Shown: piece after piece, positions 53,150 to 63,170 of the stretch | How the letters are laid out: every line of letters starts with the position of its first letter | How positions within the stretch are numbered: position 1 is the first letter of the stretch | Source of the DNA: Armatimonadota bacterium | Lineage (GTDB): Bacteria > Armatimonadota > Zipacnadia > Zipacnadales > JABUFB01 | Direction: 5' to 3' | DNA: 64,000 nucleotides | NCBI GenBank assembly: GCA_013314775.1 | Contig: JABUFB010000008.1 | Coordinates: 725,036-789,035, forward strand | Notes under the pieces: generated by a model | What the model saw: only the letters and a program-made list of their open reading frames with translations | What the model was told of the DNA's origin: nothing | Databases searched by the model: none | Translations under genes and position numbers: made by a program

Positions 53150-53446
53150 ATGTCCTCTGAGCGGGGCGGAAGCGATCTTGCGACAATTATCATAGCGGGT
53201 GCGATCGGGGCGACGGTTGGTGCGGTAGTAGCCCTGTTGCTGGCGCCGAAGTCCGGGTCCGAACTGCGGGCGGACATCGGCGACAAGGCAAGAGAATACG
53301 CCGAAAAAGCAAAGGAAACGGCTCACGAGGTCGCCGAGAAGGCCCGTGAGGCAGCGCATGAGGTCGCTGAGAGGGCCAGAGAGAAGGTCGCGGAGGTCCG
53401 GGATCAGGCTTGCCCGGAATGCGACCATGAGGAAGCGCGCGGCTAA
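53150..53446 (+). CDS. YtxH-domain protein
   Basis: ATG 53150 lies 9 nt after GGGAGG. IIIAGAIGATVGAVVALLLAPKSGSELRADIGDKA followed by repeated AxEVAEKAREAAHEV helices. 98 aa. Confidence 0.75.
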   Translation: MSSERGGSDLATIIIAGAIGATVGAVVALLLAPKSGSELRADIGDKAREYAEKAKETAHEVAEKAREAAHEVAERAREKVAEVRDQACPECDHEEARG

Positions 53447-53506
53447 CAGTCGGCTGCAAACAAGGCTCCCGGTGGAGAGGCGCTGACCTGGCGGAACAAA
53501 GCGAAC

Positions 53507-53543
53507 AGGTGGGGCTAAGGTGAGCGCCTGTGCCCCACCTTTT
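53507..53543 (+). terminator. intrinsic terminator after the ytxH-like gene
   Basis: 9-bp stem AGGTGGGGC / GCCCCACCT with a 16-nt loop, followed by TTTT. Confidence 0.55.
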
Positions 53544-53554
53544 CCGACCTGACC

Positions 53555-54811
53555 TCACTCCTTCAACGCATACAATTCCATCGCGTTCTGTCGCATCATC
53601 TTGTCGCATAAGTCCAGCGCGCAGTCTTCGCTGAGGAAGTCGCGCTCCACCTTGGTCGCCAGCACGTCCGCAATGCAGGCCCGCGCCATGGCAAGATGCG
53701 AGTACAGCATCTCCGGCCAGGGAACGTCCGAGCCGAACCCCAGGATGCGGTATCCCGGAACGAGGTCCAGCCACTCGTTGAGGCTCTGGCGCGTTCCCTC
53801 CATGGTCACCACGTATATCCACGCCATATTCAACCAGACATTGGGGAAGTGCTTAGCGAGCATGCCAATCTCGCGGCTGTAGGGGTATCCGGCGTGGTAC
53901 AAGCTGAACCGGGTGCCCGGGTTTGCGCGCAAGAGCGGTATCAAGTGCAACGGATCAGACTCGGGAACAAGCCCCCACGTGCTTTGCACACCGGTGTGGA
54001 TGTCGAAGACGAGGTTCATCTCCCCCGCTGTCCTCGCCAGGTAGAAGATGATGTAATCCTGAAGCTGCTTGATCTCGGACGCTGTCAAGGTCTGCCCCAC
54101 CAGGCTTCGCGAGAACAGCGCGGTGGCGGTGCGCTCGTCAACCGGTTCGGACAGGAGCGTACGCGAGTACGCGTGGGCCAGCTTGATCCCCCGGGCGCCG
54201 CGAGCCTGATACTCGGCCATGAGTTGCGCCAGGCCTTCCCTGATGTCAGCAAGCGAACCGAAGTCTCGGTCGAGATGGCTTGCCAGCCGCGCCCGTGTAT
54301 CTGCATGGTGGAGGTTCAGCGCCGACTCCATGCGCAGGATGGCAGTGAAGTATGTCGGATCCCAGTTGCCGAACCAGTCGACGTTGAGCATCTGGGTTTG
54401 CAGATTGCACAGGCCGGTGACCTGCGCGTACCAGCCCGGATCGGAGGTGGTTGCGATGATGCGCTCGTTCACCGCCTCCCAGTTGTCGTCGGTCAGCTCA
54501 GCATCCTGCAAACCGAACAGAGCCTGGTAGGTGACGAGATTGTGCCGCCAGTAGGAGATGTTCCGGCAGCGATCTACCACTCCGCGCAGTACCTGCCAGC
54601 GCTCGGCATGGGTGTCGCAGCCCTCATAAGCCTGCCCCGTGGACTTGCCCAGTGTCGCCTCGAAATCACGCACGAAGTAGCTCATGAGGCTGAACAGGTT
54701 CAGGGGAGCCACATTGGCGTAATCCTCGGGCTGCTGGGTGTGTGAATGGCAGTCTACGGTGCGGATCGACTCTAGACGGGCGAGTATCCGATCGCGGAGC
54801 TTGTCGCTCAT
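53555..54811 (-). CDS. amidohydrolase-superfamily (TIM-barrel metal-dependent hydrolase) protein
   Basis: 418 aa. N-terminal VDCHSH (HxH metal motif) and a later FDIHTG...LYHAGYPY...GFGSD pattern typical of COG2159-like amidohydrolases. Substrate unknown. Confidence 0.7.
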   Translation of the reverse strand: MSDKLRDRILARLESIRTVDCHSHTQQPEDYANVAPLNLFSLMSYFVRDFEATLGKSTGQAYEGCDTHAERWQVLRGVVDRCRNISYWRHNLVTYQALFGLQDAELTDDNWEAVNERIIATTSDPGWYAQVTGLCNLQTQMLNVDWFGNWDPTYFTAILRMESALNLHHADTRARLASHLDRDFGSLADIREGLAQLMAEYQARGARGIKLAHAYSRTLLSEPVDERTATALFSRSLVGQTLTASEIKQLQDYIIFYLARTAGEMNLVFDIHTGVQSTWGLVPESDPLHLIPLLRANPGTRFSLYHAGYPYSREIGMLAKHFPNVWLNMAWIYVVTMEGTRQSLNEWLDLVPGYRILGFGSDVPWPEMLYSHLAMARACIADVLATKVERDFLSEDCALDLCDKMMRQNAMELYALKE

Positions 54812-54996
54812 GGCAGGTCCTCCTGCGTGAGATCATTCGCCGTGGCTGGTAAAGTATTCGACGCGCCGCGGGCGAGGCACCTTCACTTGCACTGCCAAAA
54901 CACCGGCTTGACGGACGCAGGGGAAATAGCCCCGAGCGCGGAATCCCAGACATGGTTAGTGCAGGCCCAGTCTCGAAGCGTGCGGGAGTGCAAACC

Positions 54997-56082
54997 ATGT
55001 CCGGCAAGGACACGTTCCATAGCAGAATTGGCCGCCGGCCTCGGCAGAAGTTGGGCAATCCTCCGGGCACCCTGGTGCATGTGGGTGAGAAGAAAGCGGA
55101 CCGCGTTCGCGTCAGCCTGATCGCATACGGGCCGGACGGGCTGGCGGTGGAACGCGAGGCAACGCTGTCCGACTGCCTTGAGGCGCGGGCGACCAGCGCC
55201 GTAGTGTGGGTGAACGTCCACGGCCTGCATGATGTGGAAGCCGTGCAGGCTGTGGGTGAAGCATTCGGCGTTCACCCCCTGGGTCTGGAGGACGTAGTCA
55301 ACACCCACCACCGCCCGAAAGTCGAGGATTTCGGCGACCAGATACTCCTCGTGGCGAAGCTCTTGTCCTGGGACGCCGCGGCCCAGCGTCCGATGACAGA
55401 GCAGATCAGCATCGTCCTGGGGCCCGGGTTCCTTCTGACCTTCCAGGAGAGACCAACGGGGCTCCTTGAACCGGTACGCCGGCGTATTCGAGAAGGTAGG
55501 AGCAGGATTATCTCCAGTGGTGCGGACTACCTGGCATACGCCGTGCTGGACATGGTGGTGGACCAGTATTTCCTGGTGCTCGAGGCCATCGGCGACCGCA
55601 TCGAGGAGATCGAGCAGGCGCTGTCGGGCGACGGTGGGTCCGGTGGCATACGCGATCTGCACGGACTTCGCCGGGAGCTGCTGGCGATGCGCCGCGCCAT
55701 CTGGCCGCTGCGGGACGTGGTAAGCATCCTGCGCCGCGGCGACTGCCCGCTCTTCCAAGCCGAGACCGAGGTCTTCCTGCGCGACGTCTACGACCATGTT
55801 GTCGAGGCCATCGAGACCCTGGAGGCCTTCCGCGACGTGCTCAGCAGCCTGCTCGATACCCACCTGTCGGTGGTGAGCAACCGGATGAATGAGGTGATGA
55901 AGGTGCTCACCCTCATCGCCACCTTGTTCATGCCGATTACTTTCATCGCGGGCGTTTATGGTATGAACTTCGAGTACATGCCGGGCACAAGGTGGGTCGG
56001 GGGATTTGCGGCCTGCGTCGCGGCAATGGCGGTGACGGCTCTGCTCATGCTCTGGTACTTCAAGCGACGGCGCTGGCTTTGA
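54997..56082 (+). CDS. corA: magnesium/cobalt transporter CorA
   Basis: ATG 54997 behind GGGAG. C-terminal two TM helices with the YGMNFEYMP (GMN) motif. Confidence 0.9.
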   Translation: MSGKDTFHSRIGRRPRQKLGNPPGTLVHVGEKKADRVRVSLIAYGPDGLAVEREATLSDCLEARATSAVVWVNVHGLHDVEAVQAVGEAFGVHPLGLEDVVNTHHRPKVEDFGDQILLVAKLLSWDAAAQRPMTEQISIVLGPGFLLTFQERPTGLLEPVRRRIREGRSRIISSGADYLAYAVLDMVVDQYFLVLEAIGDRIEEIEQALSGDGGSGGIRDLHGLRRELLAMRRAIWPLRDVVSILRRGDCPLFQAETEVFLRDVYDHVVEAIETLEAFRDVLSSLLDTHLSVVSNRMNEVMKVLTLIATLFMPITFIAGVYGMNFEYMPGTRWVGGFAACVAAMAVTALLMLWYFKRRRWL

Positions 56083-56135
56083 GTCGGGCTGCGGGGCGAA
56101 CCGCAGATTCCTGACCGTGCGGGAGGGTGCGGCCG

Positions 56136-56399
56136 ATGGATGACGACGAACTGCTGGACCGCCTGGAGCGTCTGGCGACCTCGCTGGGGTACGAAATCCG
56201 ATACGAGGCCGCGGGTGGACGCAGCGGCAAGTGCGTGCTCCAGGGGCGCAAGGTGATGATCGTGGACAGCAGCCAGAACCTGCGGGGGAAGGTGGACGCG
56301 CTGGCGGTCATGCTGGCAGCCGAGGACCTGGAATCCATCTACCTGCCCCCGGCGCTGCGGTTACTGCTGGACACCTACGCTCCCCCGCCGGAGAAGTGA
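56136..56399 (+). CDS. hypothetical small protein (87 aa)
   Basis: ATG 56136 lies 8-9 nt after GGGAGGG. Balanced composition (MDDDELLDRLERLATSLGYEIRYE...). No family recognised. Confidence 0.6.
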   Translation: MDDDELLDRLERLATSLGYEIRYEAAGGRSGKCVLQGRKVMIVDSSQNLRGKVDALAVMLAAEDLESIYLPPALRLLLDTYAPPPEK

Positions 56400-56498
56400 C
56401 GCGAGGGCGCAGGTCCCGGAGGAAGTCCCGGTGAAAAGTGGACGGCGCAATGCGATGCCGGCCGTGACGACCGGCCTGTACGGAAGAGGTGACGCGAC

Positions 56499-57206
56499 GT
56501 GCGAGTCATGGCCGTCGGGGCGCATCCCGATGATGTGGAGATGTACTGCTCAGGGACTCTTCTTGCCTGCCGCGCAAGAGGCGATGATCTGTTCGTCTGC
56601 TGCATGACCAACGGCGACAAAGGCGCCTATGAGATGACCTGCGAGGAGCTTGCAGCCGTCCGCCGCAGGGAAGCCGGGGAAGCAGCCGCGATCTTCGGAG
56701 CGGAGCTGATGTTCCTGAGTCTGCCCGACGGTGAGCTTTTCGTGGATGAAGCGTGCCGTGCACCGCTCATCGACGCAATCAGACAGGCCCGTCCCGACAT
56801 TATCATCACACACAACCCCGAGGACTATCACCCGGACCACTGCAACACCAGCGCCCTTGTGTTCAGCGCGAGTTTCCTGGCAGGCGCACCCAATGTGAAA
56901 GGACTGCGAGACCTGCCGGGACATGACCGTGTGCCCGCAGTCTTCTACATGGACACGCCCACCGGCACGGGCTTCCAGCCTACCGAGTACGTGGACATCA
57001 CCCCGTACTGGGAGACCAAGGTCCGCATCATCGAGTGTCACGCCAGCCAGGTGCAATGGATCCGCGAGCACGACGGGCTGGACATCGTGGATGTTGCGCG
57101 GGTGATGGCCGAGTTCCGCGGCATGCAGTGCGGAGTCCGTTATGCGGAAGGCTTCCGGCAGCTCACGCAATGGCCGCGGATGACCACGAAACGACTGCTG
57201 CCCTGA
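56499..57206 (+). CDS. PIG-L/LmbE-family N-acetylglucosaminyl deacetylase
   Basis: GTG 56499 behind GAGGTG (or ATG 56508). AVGAHPDDVEMYCSGT and later HPDH motifs. Confidence 0.85.
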   Translation: MRVMAVGAHPDDVEMYCSGTLLACRARGDDLFVCCMTNGDKGAYEMTCEELAAVRRREAGEAAAIFGAELMFLSLPDGELFVDEACRAPLIDAIRQARPDIIITHNPEDYHPDHCNTSALVFSASFLAGAPNVKGLRDLPGHDRVPAVFYMDTPTGTGFQPTEYVDITPYWETKVRIIECHASQVQWIREHDGLDIVDVARVMAEFRGMQCGVRYAEGFRQLTQWPRMTTKRLLP

Positions 57207-57235
57207 ACCGGAATATGGAACGGAGGACGCGACGG

Positions 57236-58009
57236 ATGGCAAACTGGAATCTTGCCGAGACCACCCTGGGACTAGCGCGGGATGAGCAGTACGAAGTCGC
57301 GGTTCTGCCTGTGGGAGCAACCGAGGCCCACGGACTGCATCTTCCGTACGCAACCGACACGATCATGGTGGAACGCCTCGGGAGGCTGGCGTGCGAGCGG
57401 GCGTCGGGGGACGGCGCCAGGGTCCTGCTGCTGCCCGCATTGCCCTTCGGGATCAATGAGAACACCCTGGGGTTCAAGTGGACGATGAGTCTTCGCCCAA
57501 GTACGCTGTTCCAGGTGGTCACGGACATCGTGTCCAGTGTTGAGGAGCACGGAATCCCGAAGATGGTAGTGCTCAACGGCCACGGAGGAAACGAGTTCCA
57601 GCCCCTCCTGCGAGAGCTTTTTCGGCAGACCAGCGTGAGGTTGTTCCTCGTGAACTGGTACATGGCCAACCAGGCAGCGGCACGAGAAGTTTTCGAGCGG
57701 CCTGGAGAGCATGCGGATGAGATGGAGACTTCCATGCTCCTGCACATGCGGCCGGACCTGGTGCGGATGGAGCTTGCAGGAGACGGGGCGACGCGCGAAC
57801 CGGTTTTCCGAGCGATGCGCGAGGGCTGGGCGTGGGTGGCCCGTCCGTGGGACCGGTTCACCGTGGACAGCAGCTTCGGAGACCCGGCACGTGCGACAGC
57901 GCAAAAAGGTGCGGCTTACGAGGAAGCGATCGTCGGCAAGCTGGCGCAGTTCATTACCGAGCTCGCCGCGGCTCCGGTGGATGAAATGTTCCCATACCGT
58001 GAAGCATAG
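57236..58009 (+). CDS. creatininase-family amidohydrolase
   Basis: ATG 57236 lies 8 nt after GGAGGA. VAVLPVGATEAHGLHLPYATD, VLNGHGGN and HADEMETS motifs. Confidence 0.85.
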   Translation: MANWNLAETTLGLARDEQYEVAVLPVGATEAHGLHLPYATDTIMVERLGRLACERASGDGARVLLLPALPFGINENTLGFKWTMSLRPSTLFQVVTDIVSSVEEHGIPKMVVLNGHGGNEFQPLLRELFRQTSVRLFLVNWYMANQAAAREVFERPGEHADEMETSMLLHMRPDLVRMELAGDGATREPVFRAMREGWAWVARPWDRFTVDSSFGDPARATAQKGAAYEEAIVGKLAQFITELAAAPVDEMFPYREA

Positions 58010-58034
58010 TGGGCGGGCTGTTGCCTGAAAATGA

Positions 58035-58067
58035 AAGACCCCGCCGGGGTTGCCCTGGCGGGGTCTT
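58035..58067 (-). terminator. intrinsic terminator of csp (also closes the convergent creatininase-family gene)
   Basis: Perfect 11-bp stem AAGACCCCGCC / GGCGGGGTCTT. On the minus strand it is followed by TTCATTTTCA. Confidence 0.7.
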
Positions 58068-58087
58068 GGGCTCGCGCAGTGAGTGTC

Positions 58088-58291
58088 TTAGTTGATGACC
58101 ATGACGTTCTCGGCCCGAGGGCCCTTCGCGTCCTGGACCACGTCGAACTCAACCTTCGCGCCTTCGGCCAGAGACCGGTAGCCCTCCCCAACAATGGCGG
58201 AGAAATGAACGAAAACGTCCTCGCTACCATCGGTCTCAATGAAACCGAAGCCCTTCTCGTCGTTGAACCACTTGACGGTGCCAGTAGGCAA
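58088..58291 (-). CDS. cspA: cold-shock protein (CspA family)
   Basis: 67 aa: [33 protein letters not shown], with RNP1 KGFGFI and RNP2 VFVHF. Confidence 0.95.
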   Translation of the reverse strand: MPTGTVKWFNDEKGFGFIETDGSEDVFVHFSAIVGEGYRSLAEGAKVEFDVVQDAKGPRAENVMVIN

Positions 58292-58440
58292 AACAGATAC
58301 ACCTCCATTCGCCAGTTTCGACCAGGAACCCCCGCCGCGACCAGAAATGGCAGAGATGTATCTGCCGAGCTGGACAATCGCACACCAGGTACCTTAGTCG
58401 TGCATGCGTCAGTCTTGTGAACTACCACAAGACCGAGATT

Positions 58441-58469
58441 ACTATACCACACCACCGTGGACATGTCAA
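58441..58469 (-). promoter_or_regulatory. consensus-like sigma70 promoter of csp
   Basis: On the minus strand: TTGACA, 17 nt, TATAGT. This implies a 5' UTR of about 140 nt, as is typical of cold-shock genes. Confidence 0.65.
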
Positions 58470-58599
58470 AACGCGTCGAAAGGTGGGGTGCGTTCGGCGA
58501 GAGTAGGTGGGTTCTTGGGTGGATATGGCAGGAGCCGTCCTCTTGGAGCGAGAATGGAGTTGCGCTCACGAACACCAGTCTCACGGGAGGACGGCCCAC

Positions 58600-58731
58600 A
58601 TGTCTATTAGCCAACAGAGCCGCGCAGACCTTCAGTCGCGTATCCGAGAATGGATGGACCAGCAGCCGTCGGCAGGGGCCTCATCGCTTTCCGCGCCTCC
58701 ACCCGAGAACGAAAAGAGACGCCGCCGTTGA
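58600..58731 (+). CDS. candidate small ORF (43 aa), unverified
   Basis: ATG 58600 lies exactly 8 nt after GGGAGGA (58585-58591). It encodes MSISQQSRADLQSRIREWMDQQPSAGASSLSAPPPENEKRRRR. No homology recognised and no clear promoter. Confidence 0.3.
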   Translation: MSISQQSRADLQSRIREWMDQQPSAGASSLSAPPPENEKRRRR

Positions 58732-59134
58732 GGCAAAGCGCGCGATACGGGCCCCACAGGCCCCTGACATACGCGCCCGAGAAGCACCCAGAAGCCCCTG
58801 CAAGGGCGACACAACCGGGCAGCGCTTCAAACATTTCGTCCCATTCGGGGGCTCAGGCGGTCTGAGGCGCACCGATGCCACGGGTTCCGTTCCGCTTCGC
58901 TCCACTCCCCCCGTGGCCAAAGGCTGCCGCACGCTTGGCGGGCTGTGAGGCGGAAGGCCCGACGGCGAGACTCCAGCAGGCTCCAGGCTTGCGCAACTCA
59001 TACCCAGCAGGGAGAGCCGCCTGACTTCGGTTGGTCGAGACGCGGGCGGGCCGGCTATCATGTCATGCGCAGACGCCCAGGAGATTGTGCCGCATCCTGC
59101 GCCGCATTGCGGGTCCCAGGACCTCGGGCGCTGC

Positions 59135-60586
59135 CTAATCTGCCGCGAACATGGTCTCCAGGATCCCCACGGCCTCATCAACGAGTTGCTGGCCACCGGC
59201 GGGCGACACATTGCAGCTTGCCGGCACCGCACCATAACTCAGTCCCTCCGCCGCGCGCTCGGTTGCCAGATAGGGACCACCGACGACGAGTTGCACCACG
59301 AAAGTCTGCACCGCCGGCGAGCGCCCTTTGATGCGGTCACCAAAGTCCAGGTAGTACTCGAATGGCGCTGTGACAAGAGCAATGTCGCCCACACGCAGGA
59401 CATTGACCTCGGTGGGCACACTATCCGGCGGGTTCTCGTAGCGGTCCACCGCGCGCCGGCACCAGGCGATCCTCGAGCGCAGAGATGTGTACTGGCTCCC
59501 CAGACGATCGGCATCACCCAGTTCTGCCAGCTGCCTCTCGGCCTCTGCAATGTCCTGCATCAAATCCGCATGCTCCGCCGCCGTGACCCTCCAGTGTTCG
59601 AGTTGGAGCGTGCGGTTCTCGTGTTTCAGTACCGCCCGGTCCCGCAGATCGCCGCGGATGACGGTCTCGGCCCCAACGGTCGCGTCCGCGATGCGGCAAG
59701 CAATCTCGGTGCGCAGAGCGGCGTTCAGGGGACGGCCAACTCCGCCGCCGTATTTGAGCTGCAGCATACGATCTTCAGCCTTCTTCGCGATCAGCCGGTG
59801 CGGGCTCTGGTCACCTGCGGCCGAACACTGGGGCAGCACGAAAAGGCCCGCGCCCAACCGCCGGCGCAACTCTTCGCGGACGTCATGCCAGTAGTCGGCC
59901 GAGACAAAGTCCTGCCCGCTTTCGCTGGCTTGCGACGGGCAGGCGAGATTGATCAGCACGCCCGTCAGGTTCCTCGCGGAGTCGTATGTGAACAGCAGGT
60001 TCACGCCGTGGTCTACGTGGCCCTCGATGTGAGAGAACTCGGGCACACTGGTGCTGCCGTACATCTTCGCGCTGCCGTCGAAGTACCGGACACGGCGGTT
60101 CTCGCCCACCACTGCGTGCGAGTAGCCCCAGCCGATGTGCCCCTCCGAGCGCCGTTTCCACGCCTCGCACACCGCATCCACCAGCGCCTCGATGAGCATC
60201 TCGGTGTACTCGGCTACGGTCACGTAATCAGGATAGCGGGCCCTGATGGCATCAAGGTACTCGGCATCCTGCTGCCAGCCGCCGGTTCCGTTAAATGGTC
60301 CGGTGTGCGTGTGCGTCGCGCCGATGATGATCTTGTGCGGATCCAGCTCCGGAACGCGTTCGGCAAGCGCCGCTCGCACCTCCCGGAGCACTTCGCCAGC
60401 GACTGAACACGCATCCACGGAAACGATCGCCGCATGGTCATCGTCTCTCTGCAGCACTAAGGCGGTCAATGTGAGCGGATCCTGCACTCGTGTGGCGATG
60501 CGCAGGTTGAACTGTCCGTGAAGGGATACCGGCCCCTGAGGGGTGATGTCTCGCTGTGCCCAGCCGATCCGGATCTTGTTTTTCAT
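59135..60586 (-). CDS. neutral/alkaline ceramidase-like (N-terminal domain family) hydrolase
   Basis: ATG 60586 (MKNKIRIGWAQRDITPQGPVSLHGQ...VQDPLTLTALVLQ). 483 aa. Paralogous in layout to 60890-62173. Confidence 0.65.
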   Translation of the reverse strand: MKNKIRIGWAQRDITPQGPVSLHGQFNLRIATRVQDPLTLTALVLQRDDDHAAIVSVDACSVAGEVLREVRAALAERVPELDPHKIIIGATHTHTGPFNGTGGWQQDAEYLDAIRARYPDYVTVAEYTEMLIEALVDAVCEAWKRRSEGHIGWGYSHAVVGENRRVRYFDGSAKMYGSTSVPEFSHIEGHVDHGVNLLFTYDSARNLTGVLINLACPSQASESGQDFVSADYWHDVREELRRRLGAGLFVLPQCSAAGDQSPHRLIAKKAEDRMLQLKYGGGVGRPLNAALRTEIACRIADATVGAETVIRGDLRDRAVLKHENRTLQLEHWRVTAAEHADLMQDIAEAERQLAELGDADRLGSQYTSLRSRIAWCRRAVDRYENPPDSVPTEVNVLRVGDIALVTAPFEYYLDFGDRIKGRSPAVQTFVVQLVVGGPYLATERAAEGLSYGAVPASCNVSPAGGQQLVDEAVGILETMFAAD

Positions 60587-60889
60587 TTCGCGTGTGCCTC
60601 GGTTCTGTGACGGAATGCCCTCGGAGAGCACTCAGGGCGGTCCGAAGGTTGTTCAGGCCATTTCTATCTGCGCGGCAGTCGGACCCACACGATGCGTAGT
60701 GCCTTTGTGTGTTGCCTGTGCAGCAGACATAGAGAGCGATGGCCCCTGGACTCTTCCACGTGGGAAGTACACTCCACCTTCCCGCGGGATTGGACAAAGG
60801 CCGGTGCGGTTCCTGCAAGGTCTCCACGCCTGCCGAGGGGAACAGTCCTGCAGTGACGCGGCACGACTCCCTCGCAACGAGGTGCGCTC

Positions 60890-62173
60890 ATGCTCACGGC
60901 CGGAGTGTCCTGTCTGGATATTACTCCTCCTCTGGGGACCCGGATGCGCGGCTATTTCGAGGAACGCACGGCCAGCAGCGTGCACGATCCCCTGCACGTG
61001 CGCAGCTTCGCCCTGGAGGATTCCGGCGCCGCGCTTGCCATCGCCGTCTGTGATGTGATCGGCATCAGCCGCCAATACCTGGACCGGGCCAAACCCCGAA
61101 TTGCTGAGACCACCGGCCTGCAGCCGAAGCAGGTGATGATCGCCTGCACCCACACCCATACCGGACCGGAAACCGGCGATGACCCTTACACAGAGTGGCT
61201 TTGGGGACGCATCGCCGACGGTGTGCGCATCGCCTGGCAGGCCCGGGAACCCGCGCAAGTGGGATGGGCGCGGACCACAGAGGCGAGGCTGGTTTTCAAT
61301 CGCCGGTACCACATGGCGGATGGCTCTGTCCAGACCAATCCGGGCGTGGGCAATCCCGATGTGGTCGAGCCGGCTGGACCGGTTGACCCCGAAGTAGGCG
61401 TTCTTGCACTTCATCGCGCGGATGGCCGGACGCTGGGCCTGCTGGGCAACTACTCGCTGCATTACGTGGGTATCCCCGACGACTTCACGTCTTTCTCGGC
61501 CGACTATTTTGGATTCTTCTCAACCATGGTGCAGCGGCTGCGGGGGGAGAGCTTCGTTGCCGCCCTGTCTAACGGTGCATCGGGGGACATCAATAACGTG
61601 GACGTGCTGGGCCGGTCCGTGAGGCGCAATGACCGGTACCAGCATTGCGAACGCGCGGGGGCAATCGTCGCCGCGAGCGCCTTCTATGCGTGGAACGAAG
61701 CGGAGTTCACCGGGCAGACGCGCCTTAGCAGCGCGCTTGCCGAGATCACCCTGGAACCTCGCCCGCCGGCCACTGAAGAGGACCTGGCGAAGGCACGGGA
61801 GATCGAGGACCGTCTCGCCGCTGGCCAACACGTGCTCATGGGCGAGCGATCCTTCCAGCGGCGCGTCCGGCGCTTCGAGGCGGAGCCACCTGCTGCTCGG
61901 GCCACGGTGGTTCAGGCCCTGCGCGTCGGTGACCTTGCACTGGTGGGCGCGCCGGGAGAGTTCTTCGTCGAACTGGGCCTGGAGATCAAGCGCCGCTCGC
62001 CTTTTGCGCAGACCATGGTGATCGAGCTGGCTAATGACAGTGTGGGCTACATCCCGACCCGGCGTGCTTTCGAGGAAGGAGGGTACGAACCCAACTCCAG
62101 CCCCTACAAGCCGGGGTTTGGCGAACTGATCGTCGAGACGGCCGTGGGGTTGTTGGAAGGCCTCAAGGACTGA
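60890..62173 (+). CDS. neutral/alkaline ceramidase-like (N-terminal domain family) hydrolase
   Basis: ATG lies 5 nt after [50 protein letters not shown]...ACTHTHTGP resembles bacterial ceramidase-like proteins. Confidence 0.7.
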   Translation: MLTAGVSCLDITPPLGTRMRGYFEERTASSVHDPLHVRSFALEDSGAALAIAVCDVIGISRQYLDRAKPRIAETTGLQPKQVMIACTHTHTGPETGDDPYTEWLWGRIADGVRIAWQAREPAQVGWARTTEARLVFNRRYHMADGSVQTNPGVGNPDVVEPAGPVDPEVGVLALHRADGRTLGLLGNYSLHYVGIPDDFTSFSADYFGFFSTMVQRLRGESFVAALSNGASGDINNVDVLGRSVRRNDRYQHCERAGAIVAASAFYAWNEAEFTGQTRLSSALAEITLEPRPPATEEDLAKAREIEDRLAAGQHVLMGERSFQRRVRRFEAEPPAARATVVQALRVGDLALVGAPGEFFVELGLEIKRRSPFAQTMVIELANDSVGYIPTRRAFEEGGYEPNSSPYKPGFGELIVETAVGLLEGLKD

Positions 62174-62409
62174 ACCCGGGCTGTTCCGGCAGCGATGATC
62201 AGCAGACTTCGGTCATCGCGCAGGCGCCGTTCCTCGCCGTGCGTTTCCCGATTCCCCGTGCCCATGAAGTTCGCGAAAAAAAGCCGGCGCGAAGGAGTGA
62301 ACTTCGCGGGAATGGTACACGTCACTCGTCCTTAGGGACTGGTGGATGGCGCTTGCGCGTCATCTGTCCTGCATGCCGCCTGCAGGCGGCTGACTGGGGG
62401 TCGAAATGC

Positions 62410-63111
62410 ATGAGACGCGGGTTCACGTTGATCGAGCTGTTGGTGGTGATCGCGATTATCGCGATTCTGGCCGCGATACTCTTCCCGGTCTTTGCGCGCG
62501 CCAGAGAGAAAGCCCGGCAGGCAAGTTGCTCATCGAACCAGAAACAGATCGCATTGGGCATCCTGATGTACGGGCAGGACTACGACGAAGCATTCCCGGG
62601 TTTCTACTACAAGGCAACCACGGCTGATTGGCCGCTGTTCATCTGGATTGACGCGGTCAAGCCCTACGTGAAGAATGAGCAGATCTTCCGCTGTCCCAGC
62701 GGCAATGACAGCACCCTCACCGGCCCATCCACCAACTACGCGGGCACCACGATCACCACTTCCTACGCCGTGAACCGATACGTCTGCAATGGGGGGCGCG
62801 GAGCATTCGACAACCGCATCGGCCAGATAACCTACCCGGCACAGACCTTGCTCACCTTCGACGCCATTCGAGCTTCGCGCTGGTGTGCCACGCCGATGGG
62901 AACCGGAGGCAGCCGCGGTGATGACTGCTACGGCCGCCCCGCCGGGATCATCGAAGTCGCTGGTGGCTCATTCACCGTCGGGCAGGACTTCGGTCTTCAC
63001 AATGAAGGTGCCAACATGTCCTTCTGCGACGGCCACGTGAAATGGCAGAAGAGCGGATCGTGGGAATCGTACGCGAAGCATTACACCACTTACTGGCAGA
63101 AGACGCGCTGA
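62410..63111 (+). CDS. prepilin-type N-terminal cleavage/methylation domain protein with H-X9-DG motif (DUF1559-type)
   Basis: ATG 62410: [38 protein letters not shown]-terminal [13 protein letters not shown]. Paralogue of 3886-4503. Confidence 0.9.
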   Translation: MRRGFTLIELLVVIAIIAILAAILFPVFARAREKARQASCSSNQKQIALGILMYGQDYDEAFPGFYYKATTADWPLFIWIDAVKPYVKNEQIFRCPSGNDSTLTGPSTNYAGTTITTSYAVNRYVCNGGRGAFDNRIGQITYPAQTLLTFDAIRASRWCATPMGTGGSRGDDCYGRPAGIIEVAGGSFTVGQDFGLHNEGANMSFCDGHVKWQKSGSWESYAKHYTTYWQKTR

Positions 63112-63126
63112 AATCGCGCTTGCCGC

Positions 63127-63170
63127 CCCGGGACGCCGGCGCTGTATCGGTGGCCGCCAGGCGTCCCGGG
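63127..63170 (+). terminator. terminator-like hairpin after the DUF1559-type gene
   Basis: 11-bp stem CCCGGGACGCC / GGCGTCCCGGG enclosing an inner GGCG/CGCC pairing, 16 nt after the stop. No clear U-tract. Confidence 0.45.

Noticed and set aside
54812-54996. Mg2+ riboswitch (M-box) upstream of corA
   Set aside because: The region is only about 185 nt and is shared with the divergent amidohydrolase start. I could not recognise M-box conserved segments by eye. An Rfam scan would settle it.
58732-59134. Search for SRP RNA, RNase P RNA or 6S RNA in this and the other long gaps
   Set aside because: The diagnostic strings were not found on either strand (RNase P GAGGAAAGTCC / ACAGAAxxCGGCTTA; the SRP GGAAGCAGCC-type domain IV). 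Absence by eye is not proof.
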